This document shows, piece by piece, positions 49,899 through 59,762 of a stretch of DNA of 64,000 nt (position 1 is the first letter of the stretch; every line of letters starts with the position of its first letter). The translations under genes and the position numbers were made by a program. The DNA is from an uncultured Methanosarcinales archaeon (lineage in GTDB: Archaea; Nanobdellota; Nanobdellia; Woesearchaeales; UBA583), in the NCBI GenBank assembly GCA_964621065.1, contig CAZULG010000001.1, positions 11,082-75,081 of the forward strand. Reading direction: 5' to 3'. A model generated the notes under the pieces. The model saw only the letters and a program-made list of their open reading frames with translations, was not told the DNA's origin and searched no databases.

Positions 49899-50807
49899 TC
49901 AACTCAGTGCTTTTTCTTTTAATAATTTAGAAATTTCTTGAAGTTTAAGCTCAACTCTGTGCAGATAATTTAAAATCATCATATGAGAGCCAAATTCTTG
50001 TGTTTTAGTTTTTTTATATAACTCTTTTTTAAACATTTGTTGCAATTCTTCAATTTCTTCAATACTCTTCTCAGTTTTTAGATTTTGAGAAGATTTAATC
50101 TTTCTACCACCACTAATTGTGAATTTTTCAGATTCAAACTCACTAAACTCCTTTCCCAATAATTGAATTTTTTTATTTAACACATCAATATGTTTATTAT
50201 GCTCAATTTGCAGAACAGATCCCTCGTATTTTTCTTTTAAAAAATCTTGCAATTGTTCATGGTACCACTTATACAATCCTGTTTCTAATTGTAAAATTGT
50301 CTCAATTGAGTTGTATTCAAGCAAAGACTTTGGAAATTTAAATTTTGTTGAAAAATACTTTAGAGCTTCTTCATATGAAAATCCTACTGCTTTAATACAA
50401 TGCTCTTTTTGAATTGTATTTCCTATTAAATATAATCGTACTTCGTCTTGAAATCCTCCTGCAATGCAGCGAAGAGTAGCTATAATATTGTGAATTTGAT
50501 ATTTTAAATAATATGTATATAATAATTCCTTTAACTCAGAATTTGCAGCTTTATACACCTTTTCATAAATAAGTGTTGCATACGAATTTGTAAAATGTTC
50601 AACAATTCCAATAGAGTCTTTTTTAATATTTTGTGAATTAATTGAAGAATCAATTGTAAGTTTGGTTGTACCTTTCTCAAGCATAGAAAGTGCCTCTGAA
50701 AACGATGCACGTTGAATTTGAGGGGATGAACACAGCTCATCTAATTCTTGAAATATTACACTAAGTTTTGTTGCAACATACATATCTTTTTGAAATTCTC
50801 TACCCAT
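49899..50807 (-). CDS. Putative A-type ATP synthase subunit C (V-type d-like); assignment by synteny and size only
   Basis: 302-aa helical protein two genes downstream of atpK, in the K-E-C order expected for archaeal atp operons. Confidence 0.35.
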   Translation of the reverse strand: MGREFQKDMYVATKLSVIFQELDELCSSPQIQRASFSEALSMLEKGTTKLTIDSSINSQNIKKDSIGIVEHFTNSYATLIYEKVYKAANSELKELLYTYYLKYQIHNIIATLRCIAGGFQDEVRLYLIGNTIQKEHCIKAVGFSYEEALKYFSTKFKFPKSLLEYNSIETILQLETGLYKWYHEQLQDFLKEKYEGSVLQIEHNKHIDVLNKKIQLLGKEFSEFESEKFTISGGRKIKSSQNLKTEKSIEEIEELQQMFKKELYKKTKTQEFGSHMMILNYLHRVELKLQEISKLLKEKALS

Positions 50808-50876
50808 TTTTTTATTTATTATTTTGTATATGTTTAATTATACATGTTTACTATTTTACTAACTTATCCTATCTTC

Positions 50877-51443
50877 TCAATTACTCACTTGTAAACTACC
50901 TTGAACATCTTCACTAATAATGGAGTATAATTCATCTTTTATATTACATCTCACAATTAAATGTTCTTTTCTGCAAACGATTTCATATTTTTGTATCATT
51001 GAACTGGTTTCAACTGAATTCTTAACAAATGTTTTTTTAAGTTGGGAAATAATTGATTGTGAGAGCATAGATGAAATTGTAAGTTGTAGTTCTTTTTCTT
51101 CTACATTTAATATTTGAGAAGCTCTTGACATAAATACTTTTACAGTTTCAAGAAATCTGCTCTCTATAGATTTACACACTTTTTCTACAACTCTTGAAAT
51201 CTCTTCTTGTTGAGCAGTTTGAATAATATTTTTTGCTTGTTTTTTAGCAGAAGATATTCTTTGTTGTTTATAATGTTCAATATCTAATTCAAACTTCTTT
51301 TTCATTACTTCTTCAAACTCAAAAACACTTTTACTACACTCTTCTCTATACAATTCAAGATTTTTATCAAACTCTTCTTTAAGTTGAGACATTGTAGCAT
51401 CTCTATATTCGTAGAGTTGTTGTTGTAGTGCTGAAGATTTCAT
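50877..51443 (-). CDS. Putative A-type ATP synthase subunit E
   Basis: 188 aa with an N-terminal long coiled-coil and a C-terminal globular domain, directly downstream of atpK. Confidence 0.4.
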   Translation of the reverse strand: MKSSALQQQLYEYRDATMSQLKEEFDKNLELYREECSKSVFEFEEVMKKKFELDIEHYKQQRISSAKKQAKNIIQTAQQEEISRVVEKVCKSIESRFLETVKVFMSRASQILNVEEKELQLTISSMLSQSIISQLKKTFVKNSVETSSMIQKYEIVCRKEHLIVRCNIKDELYSIISEDVQGSLQVSN

Positions 51444-51580
51444 TTTGTCTAAGCTATATAATTGATTCTATATATTGTTCTTTGTATTTCATTGAATGCA
51501 ACTTTTATTAAACTCATTAACTAATACGAATAATTCAAGATTAATAAAAATTGTAAATGTAGATAATTGAGGTTCCTCAA

Positions 51581-51814
51581 CTACATTCCCATAATTAAAA
51601 ATGCAATAACGAATCCAAAAATTAAAATTGTCTCTGGTAAAACTGCAAATAAAATTGCTCGTCCCATAAGACTTGGATTTTCACTAACTGCTCCAATTGC
51701 TGCACTTAATGTGTTCTTTTGACCCATTCCTGTTCCAATTGCTGCAAGTCCTAATGCTAGTCCTGCTCCAATTGCTTTCAATCCTAATTCACTCATAATC
51801 ATATGTTCTGCCAT
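51581..51814 (-). CDS. atpK: A-type ATP synthase proteolipid subunit K (c subunit)
   Basis: 77-aa two-helix hairpin with a Gly-rich helix 1 (GAGLALGLAAIGTGMG) and a helix 2 PET motif with the conserved ion-binding Glu. Confidence 0.8.
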   Translation of the reverse strand: MAEHMIMSELGLKAIGAGLALGLAAIGTGMGQKNTLSAAIGAVSENPSLMGRAILFAVLPETILIFGFVIAFLIMGM

Positions 51815-52097
51815 ATAACCAACTTTAATGAATAACCCTTTTTAAATCTTTTGTAGATTTGGCTCTCTTTGAGAACTGAGAAGAAATAAACTTCGAATGA
51901 TTTTTTTCTATAAATTTTAATAATTAAAAACTTTAATTCAATAATTTGAATAATAAAAAGATTATGTTAGCAATTTTTATTCTCAAATTATACAAAAATA
52001 TACTCAAATCTATTTATTTCTTCTTTATAATATTATTTTTTGAACTTAAGTTTCTTTTACACACTCTCTTAAATGCTAAGAAAGCACTTTCAACATT

Positions 52098-52110
52098 ATC
52101 TCGAAGAGAT
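52098..52110 (-). terminator. Stop-proximal hairpin with UUC triloop immediately 3' of thrS
   Basis: ATCTC-GAA-GAGAT lies 6 nt downstream of the thrS stop, followed on the sense strand by a U-rich tract. Confidence 0.3.
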
Positions 52111-52115
52111 TTTAA

Positions 52116-54080
52116 TTAATTCTTTATTTCTCTCTTCTCTCGCTCTTCTTCAATTTGTGCTATAAACTCATCAAGAGTTGTTGTAAACTCTTCATTTTTC
52201 CCATTAACAATTTTTCGAGTTCTCACTGAAATTGTACTATTTTCAATGTCTTTATCTCCTAAAATGAGCATATAATTTGGCATCTCGCTCTCAAGAGCCA
52301 TTGCAATTTTTTTACCAACTCCTTCGTGTGAATAATCTCTCTCAACTCTAAATCCCCTCTTGAACAACTCATCATACACACTATTTGAATACTTTTGGTG
52401 CCTATCAGCCACAGGAATAATTTTTATTTGATTAGGTGATAACCACAGAGGGAATTTTCCAGCAAAATGTTCAATCATAATTGCCATAAAGCGCTCAACA
52501 CTTCCCAAAACTGCTCTGTGAATCATCACAGGCCTCTCACTATGACCTTCTTTATTCTCAAATGTCAAATCAAATCTCTCGGGCAAATTAAAATCAAGTT
52601 GAATGGTCGCAGTTTGATGCACTCTTCCCAGACAATCTTTAATTCTAAAGTCAATTTTTGGACCATAAAAAGCACCATCTCCTTCACAAATCTCATACGT
52701 TTTATTATTTCTCTTAATTGCATCAGCCAATGATTTCTCAGCTAAATCCCAAATCTCATCACTCCCTAGTTTTTCATCAGGTCGAGTTGATAATTCGATT
52801 TCATAACTCATATCAAATGTGTTATAAATATATTCTACAAGTTGAAGCGCTTTGTCAATCTCATCTACTATTTGTTCTTTTGTACAGAAAATATGAGCAT
52901 CATCTTGACAAAACTTACGAACTCTTGTGAGTCCACTTAAAGCACCCGATAATTCATTTCGATGAAGTGCTCCAAAATCAGCAATCCTTAGTGGTAAATC
53001 TCGATATGATTTAAACTCGTTTTTAAATATTAAACAATGAGATGGACAATTCATCGGTTTGAGAGAATATTCTTGTTCTTCAATTTTCATAATAAACATA
53101 TCCTCTTTATAATGTTCCCAATGACCTGATGTTTCCCATAATTTTTTATTGAACATATTTGGAGTCATCACTTCTCTAAAATCATGCTCTCGATACTGTT
53201 CTCGAACAAAATTTTGAAGCTCTTTATAAATTGTAAATCCTTTTGGTAAAAAAAATGCCATTCCAGGAGCATATTCATGATTCATAAATAAATGTAATTT
53301 TCTACCTACAACTCGATGATCTCGCTTTTTTGCTTCTTCAATCATAGCATAGTATTCGTCCATCTCACTCTTTTTCCAAAACGCAGCTCCATACACACGA
53401 GTGAGTTGTTTATTTTCACTATTTCCTCTCCAATATGCACGAGTGAGCTTTTCAAGTTTAAACGCTTTAATAAGTCCTGTTCGTGGAAGATGTGGACCTT
53501 TGCATAAATCTGAAAACTCACCTTGAGTGTAGAATTGTAATTTTCCATGCTCAACTGCTCCTTCAAGTTGCTCATCTTCATTTAATGAGTGAGAGATAAT
53601 TCCTTGAATAATCTCAAGCTTGTAGGGATTGTCTTTGAAAAGTGCTTGTGCTTCATCAATTGTTTTATACTCTTTTGTAATTTCAAGATTTTCCTTGATA
53701 ATTTTTCGCATCTCCTCTTCAATCATTGAAAGGTCGCTCTCTTTCAAATCATCGCAATCAACATCATACCAAAATCCTCTCTCAATTGGAGGACCAATTG
53801 TAATTTTAGTGTGAGGGAATAATCTGAGTAGTGCTTGAGCAAACACGTGCGCAGTTGTGTGATTGAGAATTCCTTTAGACTCACTATCTTTAGATGTTAG
53901 AATTTGAAGTGTTGAATCACTCGTGATGGTGGTCGTTAAATCAACTAATTTTTCATTGTTTAACTTTCCTGCAATTGCTTGTCTTGCAAGACCTTCACTA
54001 ATATGCTTTGCAACATCAAACACACTAGGAGCATGTTCAAATTGCAATGTTTTACCATCACTAAGTGTAATTTCAACCAT
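52116..54080 (-). CDS. thrS: Threonyl-tRNA synthetase
   Basis: N-terminal TGS domain, editing-domain HTTAHVFAQAL motif, and class II catalytic core with the ThrRS zinc site (FRNELSGALSGLTRVRKFCQDDAHIFC; HRAVLGSVERF). Confidence 0.9.
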   Translation of the reverse strand: MVEITLSDGKTLQFEHAPSVFDVAKHISEGLARQAIAGKLNNEKLVDLTTTITSDSTLQILTSKDSESKGILNHTTAHVFAQALLRLFPHTKITIGPPIERGFWYDVDCDDLKESDLSMIEEEMRKIIKENLEITKEYKTIDEAQALFKDNPYKLEIIQGIISHSLNEDEQLEGAVEHGKLQFYTQGEFSDLCKGPHLPRTGLIKAFKLEKLTRAYWRGNSENKQLTRVYGAAFWKKSEMDEYYAMIEEAKKRDHRVVGRKLHLFMNHEYAPGMAFFLPKGFTIYKELQNFVREQYREHDFREVMTPNMFNKKLWETSGHWEHYKEDMFIMKIEEQEYSLKPMNCPSHCLIFKNEFKSYRDLPLRIADFGALHRNELSGALSGLTRVRKFCQDDAHIFCTKEQIVDEIDKALQLVEYIYNTFDMSYEIELSTRPDEKLGSDEIWDLAEKSLADAIKRNNKTYEICEGDGAFYGPKIDFRIKDCLGRVHQTATIQLDFNLPERFDLTFENKEGHSERPVMIHRAVLGSVERFMAIMIEHFAGKFPLWLSPNQIKIIPVADRHQKYSNSVYDELFKRGFRVERDYSHEGVGKKIAMALESEMPNYMLILGDKDIENSTISVRTRKIVNGKNEEFTTTLDEFIAQIEEEREKREIKN

Positions 54081-54164
54081 AGTAATAGATATAATATAAA
54101 ATGCTTTTATATAATTTTGGATTAGAAGAAGAATACTTATAAATATACAACTTTACAAAGTATT

Positions 54165-54689
54165 ATGAATTTGAAAAAATTAAATATTAAGAAAGTAATG
54201 TATATTATATTTTTTATTTTAACTCTGATAATTATTATTCCTGTTGCCATATTTTTCTTATCAGCTTTTTTATACCATTTAGCAGATAACGATCCTTATT
54301 CAAGTAAAGATGGTAGTTCCCAAGTATTAAGTCCCGGGTGTCCTGCATTAACAGAACCTAATGGAAGTGATTTTGAATGGAATAAGATTAAATCAGATCA
54401 AATGCTAGAAAATTGTATGTTTGAACTAGCTTATAATTTAGAAACACCTAGAGAAATGGTAAATTGGTTGGAAGAAGAAAGATTTGATGTTGTTTATACT
54501 AGTTCGACTGTACCTGAAAGAAAGTTAGTTTTTGCTACGTGGAATCCTGAAAATCAAAATACTTCACGACCATATACAACTTCATATTCTATATTTTATG
54601 ATTTGTTGTTTACATTTCCATACAATATTTATGTAGTTTATGAGGAGGGTAGTGTTTCAGAATCAGGTGTAGGTTTAAGAACTAAATAA
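54165..54689 (+). CDS. Hypothetical membrane-anchored protein
   Basis: N-terminal TM anchor; no recognisable domain. Confidence 0.3.
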   Translation: MNLKKLNIKKVMYIIFFILTLIIIIPVAIFFLSAFLYHLADNDPYSSKDGSSQVLSPGCPALTEPNGSDFEWNKIKSDQMLENCMFELAYNLETPREMVNWLEEERFDVVYTSSTVPERKLVFATWNPENQNTSRPYTTSYSIFYDLLFTFPYNIYVVYEEGSVSESGVGLRTK

Positions 54690-54711
54690 TGAGTTTTATA
54701 TTTACTATGAA

Positions 54712-55629
54712 TTATATCACTTGTATCAACAATATTCCTCCTATCATTAATACAATAGCAATTCCTCTTCTCAGTATTTGATACAATGATAAATCTTCTT
54801 GAATAAATGATGGGAAGAGTAATGTAAATATAATTCCAAGTAAATATGCAAATATGAATTGAATATTTGCAATAGCTGAGACAATTGTCACACTTGGAGC
54901 TAGAGAAATGATATAGTAATATAATATGTCTGCAGTCTCAGTTACCAAATTTGCAAAAATGAGTAAGAAAATATACAATTTACTTGAAATGATTATCTTA
55001 AATGTTTTTTTAATATATTCTCGATTCTTTTTTTTGAGTAATAATGAGAGAACTCCAATGTATCCTCCGATTAACAAATAAAGTGTAATTGTAGAGAAAT
55101 TGTAATATTGCAAATAATAAGAGAGTAACGTGAAACTTATTGCAAGTAAAAATGTTAAGACAATCATATAATACAAAGAGAGTCTTGGTTTAAACATCTT
55201 TATTGAGAGTTGAGAAGTTGTCAAAAGCAGTGAAGAGAGAACAATTCCTCCAATTCCAATATAATCATAAATACTCAAAACAACTCCTAAAAAAATAAAT
55301 TCTAAAAACACTAAAAATAATGTGATAAGTCCAAATAATGAGCCAATATGAGAACCATTATCATGTTGAAGAGCTTTTCCATATAATGTGAAAATGTACA
55401 CTAAAGCAAATCCTTGCAATAGTAACAATACTATAATATGCCACTCAAGCATTTCAATAGGTGCGAGTATTACAATTAGTATTGCAAATATTGGAATAAA
55501 TTGGTTTGAAAAAAATATGAACGAAACAGAAGATAAAGTTACTCTCTCAACTAAAACCTTATCATAAAAATTTGAAAGTGCCCACAAAAATGTAGGAATT
55601 AATAAAATAAGCACCCATAAATCAATCAT
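54712..55629 (-). CDS. Multi-TM membrane protein, possibly an EamA/DMT-like transporter
   Basis: About 10 TM helices arranged as two halves; no Cys; C-terminal RRGIAIVLMIGGILLI is a typical EamA terminal helix. Confidence 0.35.
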   Translation of the reverse strand: MIDLWVLILLIPTFLWALSNFYDKVLVERVTLSSVSFIFFSNQFIPIFAILIVILAPIEMLEWHIIVLLLLQGFALVYIFTLYGKALQHDNGSHIGSLFGLITLFLVFLEFIFLGVVLSIYDYIGIGGIVLSSLLLTTSQLSIKMFKPRLSLYYMIVLTFLLAISFTLLSYYLQYYNFSTITLYLLIGGYIGVLSLLLKKKNREYIKKTFKIIISSKLYIFLLIFANLVTETADILYYYIISLAPSVTIVSAIANIQFIFAYLLGIIFTLLFPSFIQEDLSLYQILRRGIAIVLMIGGILLIQVI

Positions 55630-55671
55630 TTATTATATTTTAATGTAACATTATTTAAATATTGCTATTAT

Positions 55672-56349
55672 TTATGCTGCTCTTTTTATGTTATCTTTTT
55701 TTCGAGAATTTTCAATGCTTCTTCGTATCTTCTCATACATCTCAGGCATTTGTTCTTCAATTTCTTTAACTCCAAAATGCTCTTTTGCGTGAGATAATGA
55801 ATATTTTAGACCATCAATTTTTATAAAAGGTGATTTTCTAATATATTGTAAAACATGTAGAGGAGATGAACCAAAATCTCTTTGAGCTTCTTCTCCAACT
55901 TCAATACTTGCTTTATCTCTTAGTGGAGTATAACAAGTAGTGTGAGGTTCATCTAGAAGTAATCTTCTATACGAATCTTCATTAAAATCTCTTCCTAGTA
56001 TATATCTAGCAAATGGTTCTTTATCTCTAATTATTCTTGAATGAGAAGAGCGTAAAAAATGAGGTTGTTTCAATGTTGCCTCAATAATTATTCTTCTATT
56101 TTTTGAGCCATATACCTCTTGAGCCCTATGTAGACGTTCTTCAAAGTCTGTATATAAAAATCTACTATCCATTATATAGCACTTTTTTACTCTTTGAAAT
56201 GGAACTTCAAATAAATCAGCAACTTCTTGAAGTTTCATAACTGAGTCCAATAGTATTGAGTTCATATTACTATTAGTAGAAAATCTTTTACTTAACTTCT
56301 CTATTTCTCTAAAAGTGAAATATTTTCCTACAATACCATCTAAACTCAT
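55672..56349 (-). CDS. Hypothetical protein
   Basis: ORF only, basic. Confidence 0.3.
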   Translation of the reverse strand: MSLDGIVGKYFTFREIEKLSKRFSTNSNMNSILLDSVMKLQEVADLFEVPFQRVKKCYIMDSRFLYTDFEERLHRAQEVYGSKNRRIIIEATLKQPHFLRSSHSRIIRDKEPFARYILGRDFNEDSYRRLLLDEPHTTCYTPLRDKASIEVGEEAQRDFGSSPLHVLQYIRKSPFIKIDGLKYSLSHAKEHFGVKEIEEQMPEMYEKIRRSIENSRKKDNIKRAA

Positions 56350-56385
56350 TCTCTAGTATTACTAACTAGTACTTATTTTTAAATC

Positions 56386-57066
56386 CTACTTCAAAATGTT
56401 TTGTGCCTCTTCAATAAGTAACTCTAAAACTTTAGATTGCTCATGGTAGTGAATAATAACACTACACACCCTCAAACTCTCAATTTCATTAATTGAATGA
56501 ATAAGTTCTAACTCTTTGAGTTCATCAAATGTAGTATAATTAGAAAAATTCAGCTGCCTTCCTGTATCCATCTCCTCATTTTCAATAAAATGAATTGTTG
56601 TCAAAAACTTATGCTCATCTCTAAATTGTCGCTTCCACGCGTGTAGACCGCTATATTTCATATTATTATTCTCATCAACAATTCGTAAATCTCCATGATG
56701 AATATTTATAATTTTTGTAAGTGAATTTCTAAAATTAACAAATTCAGTAAAACTCTTTGGAAGCAGTTTATAATAATTTGAGCAAATAATTAAATCAGGT
56801 TCATAGTCTAAAAGTTGCATTGCAAGCATATCAAAATATTGGTTTTTATTCTTCTCAAACACTCTATCTTTATCAAAATAGTGAACATAAAAATTTCCAA
56901 GCATCTCTTCTTCAACATCAAGAGGAATCTTCCTATCAACAATTAAAAACACTTCAAACTGAGGAGATTGAGCAGCAAATTCATATGCTATATTTGTAGC
57001 AGTTGATGATAAAAAAACAACAACTGGTTTAATTAACTCTAACTCTCCTTTTAGTACCATATTCAA
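56386..57066 (-). CDS. Formyltransferase-fold protein (PurN/Fmt-like)
   Basis: IINIHHGDLRI...YSGLHAWKRQF...TTIHFIENEEMDTGRQL matches the formyl-transferase N-domain core (NiHpSLLP...Tih...DtG). Confidence 0.45.
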   Translation of the reverse strand: MNMVLKGELELIKPVVVFLSSTATNIAYEFAAQSPQFEVFLIVDRKIPLDVEEEMLGNFYVHYFDKDRVFEKNKNQYFDMLAMQLLDYEPDLIICSNYYKLLPKSFTEFVNFRNSLTKIINIHHGDLRIVDENNNMKYSGLHAWKRQFRDEHKFLTTIHFIENEEMDTGRQLNFSNYTTFDELKELELIHSINEIESLRVCSVIIHYHEQSKVLELLIEEAQNILK

Positions 57067-57131
57067 ATAAATAAAAGCTTGTTTTTAACATTTAGCATTT
57101 AAAAGAAAATTGACTACTCGAAATAAACCAC

Positions 57132-57860
57132 TTAATTAAAAATTTTATTTAGTAGTTCTTCTTTAGAAATGTATTGATATGAACCCAAAGGCAAAATCGT
57201 ATCATCTAGATAAAAATTTCCAATTCCTATTCGTTTTAAATTCACAACTCTATATCCACATGATTGAAACATTCTTCGAATAATGTGCTTCTTCCCTTCT
57301 TTAATAATAATTTTATATACAAACGATTGAGATTTAGTGTTCACTGCTTTAATTGATTGTATAAATGATAATGAATTATCTATCTCCACTCCTTCTTCAA
57401 TCAATTGTTTCTTATCTTTTCCCCTTAGCTCTCTATTTAATTCAACTTCATAGGTTTTAGAGATATTAGAAGATGGGTGTATAATTGTATTTGCAACTGC
57501 TCCATTTGTTGTTAAAATCAAAAGCCCAGTTGTTTGAGCGTCTAAGCGCCCAACATATTGCAACGAAGGATGTTTAGGTACTTCATCAAATATTGAGACA
57601 TAAGAGCGCGTTATTACCTTTTTTGAACATTCAACTCCTTTTTTTTTATTGTGCACAATATAAACATCTTCAACAACATCATTTGAAATCTTGTTCCCAT
57701 CAATTTCAATATCACAATCAAATGAGACTAATTGACCAATATGTGCGGGTTCGTTATCAACATTCACAACTCCTTTTGCAATCAGCTCTTCTGCTTTTCG
57801 AGTTGAGCAATATCCTCGCTTTGCAATGAGTTTGTGTATTTTAATTCGCTCCTTCTCCAA
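57132..57860 (-). CDS. RsuA/RluB-family pseudouridine synthase with an N-terminal S4 domain
   Basis: S4-like IHKLIAKRGYCSTRKAEELIAKGVV, catalytic GRLDAQTTGLLILTTNG, and the conserved C-terminal KKHIIRRMFQSCGYRVVNLKRIGIG. Confidence 0.7.
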   Translation of the reverse strand: MEKERIKIHKLIAKRGYCSTRKAEELIAKGVVNVDNEPAHIGQLVSFDCDIEIDGNKISNDVVEDVYIVHNKKKGVECSKKVITRSYVSIFDEVPKHPSLQYVGRLDAQTTGLLILTTNGAVANTIIHPSSNISKTYEVELNRELRGKDKKQLIEEGVEIDNSLSFIQSIKAVNTKSQSFVYKIIIKEGKKHIIRRMFQSCGYRVVNLKRIGIGNFYLDDTILPLGSYQYISKEELLNKIFN

Positions 57861-58015
57861 TTTACCTATATTAAAAATAGATTATTTATTAATATTAGTA
57901 TTAAATAAATAAATAAATAAAAATTTTATGAAATTAAATGCATAAATGTGTGAATAAATTGTCATTGTAATACATAGTTATGAAAATTAATAAATGAGTA
58001 AATTGTATTTAACAC

Positions 58016-58708
58016 ATGAAGTCAAAAAATGATGAAACATACCAATTATTTGAAAACTACTTACGTAACTCTAAAGAGCATATCCAATCTCTTCTCAACT
58101 GCATACAACAAGAACAATTCCAATCAGAACTTGAAATCTGTGAGAGTGATGAGAAAAATATTTGTGAATTATACGAAGTAGGTGCAAACTCTCCTCTTAT
58201 ATATATATTCTCATCAACAAAATATATTCAAGAAATTGAAGAACACAGATTTAAACAACTACTCATTTCAAGTGCAAAAACCATAAAGCTAATGCAAGCT
58301 GTGAAAAAAGCACGTGAGAAAAATAATTCTCTTAAGCTCTCAATTTCTCAAATCACAAATGAGTTAGACATTCACTCAATTCAAGAACAACACAAATATG
58401 TTTCTCACTTACTCTCTCTCACACACTACTTAGATTGGGATATTGAAAAGCACCAACAAGATATTGAAAACGAATCTTATATATTATTCCCACATACATT
58501 TTTATTAGAACTCAAAGAGAGATTTAATTTAACAAATATCTTCTCAATTTATGAAGATGAGAAAATTGCAATCTTTTTAAATGCAAGGCATGAAATAATC
58601 TCATTTTTCAAAGATAAATCTGTATTCACAAACAATGACATTAAAACAATCATACTACCTGCTCTTAAACAATCATTAAATTTTAAAGAAATTTCATTAA
58701 AAGAATAA
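58016..58708 (+). CDS. Hypothetical protein
   Basis: ORF only; 12 nt upstream of the DUF45-like gene. Confidence 0.3.
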   Translation: MKSKNDETYQLFENYLRNSKEHIQSLLNCIQQEQFQSELEICESDEKNICELYEVGANSPLIYIFSSTKYIQEIEEHRFKQLLISSAKTIKLMQAVKKAREKNNSLKLSISQITNELDIHSIQEQHKYVSHLLSLTHYLDWDIEKHQQDIENESYILFPHTFLLELKERFNLTNIFSIYEDEKIAIFLNARHEIISFFKDKSVFTNNDIKTIILPALKQSLNFKEISLKE

Positions 58709-58720
58709 ATTGTCATAAAA

Positions 58721-59695
58721 ATGTTAACTTCTCTTTTTTCCAAAAAACAAAAAAAAAACATTAACTCTTATGAAGAAAACAATGTATCAAACTCAACTTC
58801 TTTAAAGGATTCAAGTAACAATTCTTCTCAAAGTATAATTGAAAATAAGTTGTCCCAAGAATTTAATGTAAGTGTTTCAATTATCTATTGCGATAAAAAG
58901 CACTCATCTGGTTCAATAAAGAATAACTCAATTATTCTTCGAATTTCAAATAGACTCAAAAAAACAACTCAACACCAACATGCATACGAACTAGCTAAGA
59001 AATTATCAAAAATATTACAAACTCAGCCTGAGCGATTTAATCAAAAACATATAAAAACTCAATACTTTTTAAAAGCCATTGAACAGGGTTATTGTTATGT
59101 GAACAATTATAAAATAATTCTAACATTAAATTCCACTAAAACAACTATTAAAAAAGAAAAACAAACAATAAATCGAAAACCTCCTGTAACTCTACTCAAC
59201 ATTGAAAACATTGTATCTCACAGTAATAGTATAAGTAATTCTACTGATATAAATAAAGAGAGTGATGATAATAATAGTATTATAATTTCAATTCCCAATA
59301 AAAACTATTCTCAATTAGACATAAAAGAAGTTGAAAAGATTGAGAGAAAAGTTGCAAAACTATTATGCTCAGAATTTAACTATTTACTTAAAAAAAAAGT
59401 TCATGAACTCAATTCGCAAACTCTACAATCAAAATTACAAGATATTTACTTTGATTATACATCTTCAAAATGGGGTCATTGTTCATATCACAACAATATC
59501 ATGATTCACATCTCCCTTCTCAACTCACCACAAGAAGTATTTGAGTATGTTATTTATCACGAACTTGCACACACCATTGTTAAAAATCACTCTTCTAAAT
59601 ATTGGAAAGTTTGTAATTCTCTTACTCCTCATACAAAGTTTGCAAAACACTATTTGAAGAAGAACCCTCCTATATTGTGGCAATTAGAAAAATAA
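58721..59695 (+). CDS. YgjP/DUF45-like (M48-like) zinc metallohydrolase with a long N-terminal extension
   Basis: C-terminal KWGHCSYHNNIMIHISLLNSPQEVFEYVIYHELAHTIVKNHSSKYWKV has the DUF45 WGxCS...HELxH...HS..FW signature. Confidence 0.55.
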   Translation: MLTSLFSKKQKKNINSYEENNVSNSTSLKDSSNNSSQSIIENKLSQEFNVSVSIIYCDKKHSSGSIKNNSIILRISNRLKKTTQHQHAYELAKKLSKILQTQPERFNQKHIKTQYFLKAIEQGYCYVNNYKIILTLNSTKTTIKKEKQTINRKPPVTLLNIENIVSHSNSISNSTDINKESDDNNSIIISIPNKNYSQLDIKEVEKIERKVAKLLCSEFNYLLKKKVHELNSQTLQSKLQDIYFDYTSSKWGHCSYHNNIMIHISLLNSPQEVFEYVIYHELAHTIVKNHSSKYWKVCNSLTPHTKFAKHYLKKNPPILWQLEK

Positions 59696-59762
59696 TTACA
59701 CTCGCTAATTATTTAAAAGCTACTTATATTCACAAACTATTTAAAAACTCATCTCAATTTAT

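Noticed and set aside
40636-53814. Further nested ORFs: 40636..40848, 44423..44623, 44707..44940, 46522..47100, 47178..47372, 47505..47714, 47885..48163, 48686..48898, 50531..50740, 50920..51117, 52467..52930, 53316..53814
   Set aside because: Same reasoning. Note that 46522..47100 is the antisense shadow of the TBP gene.
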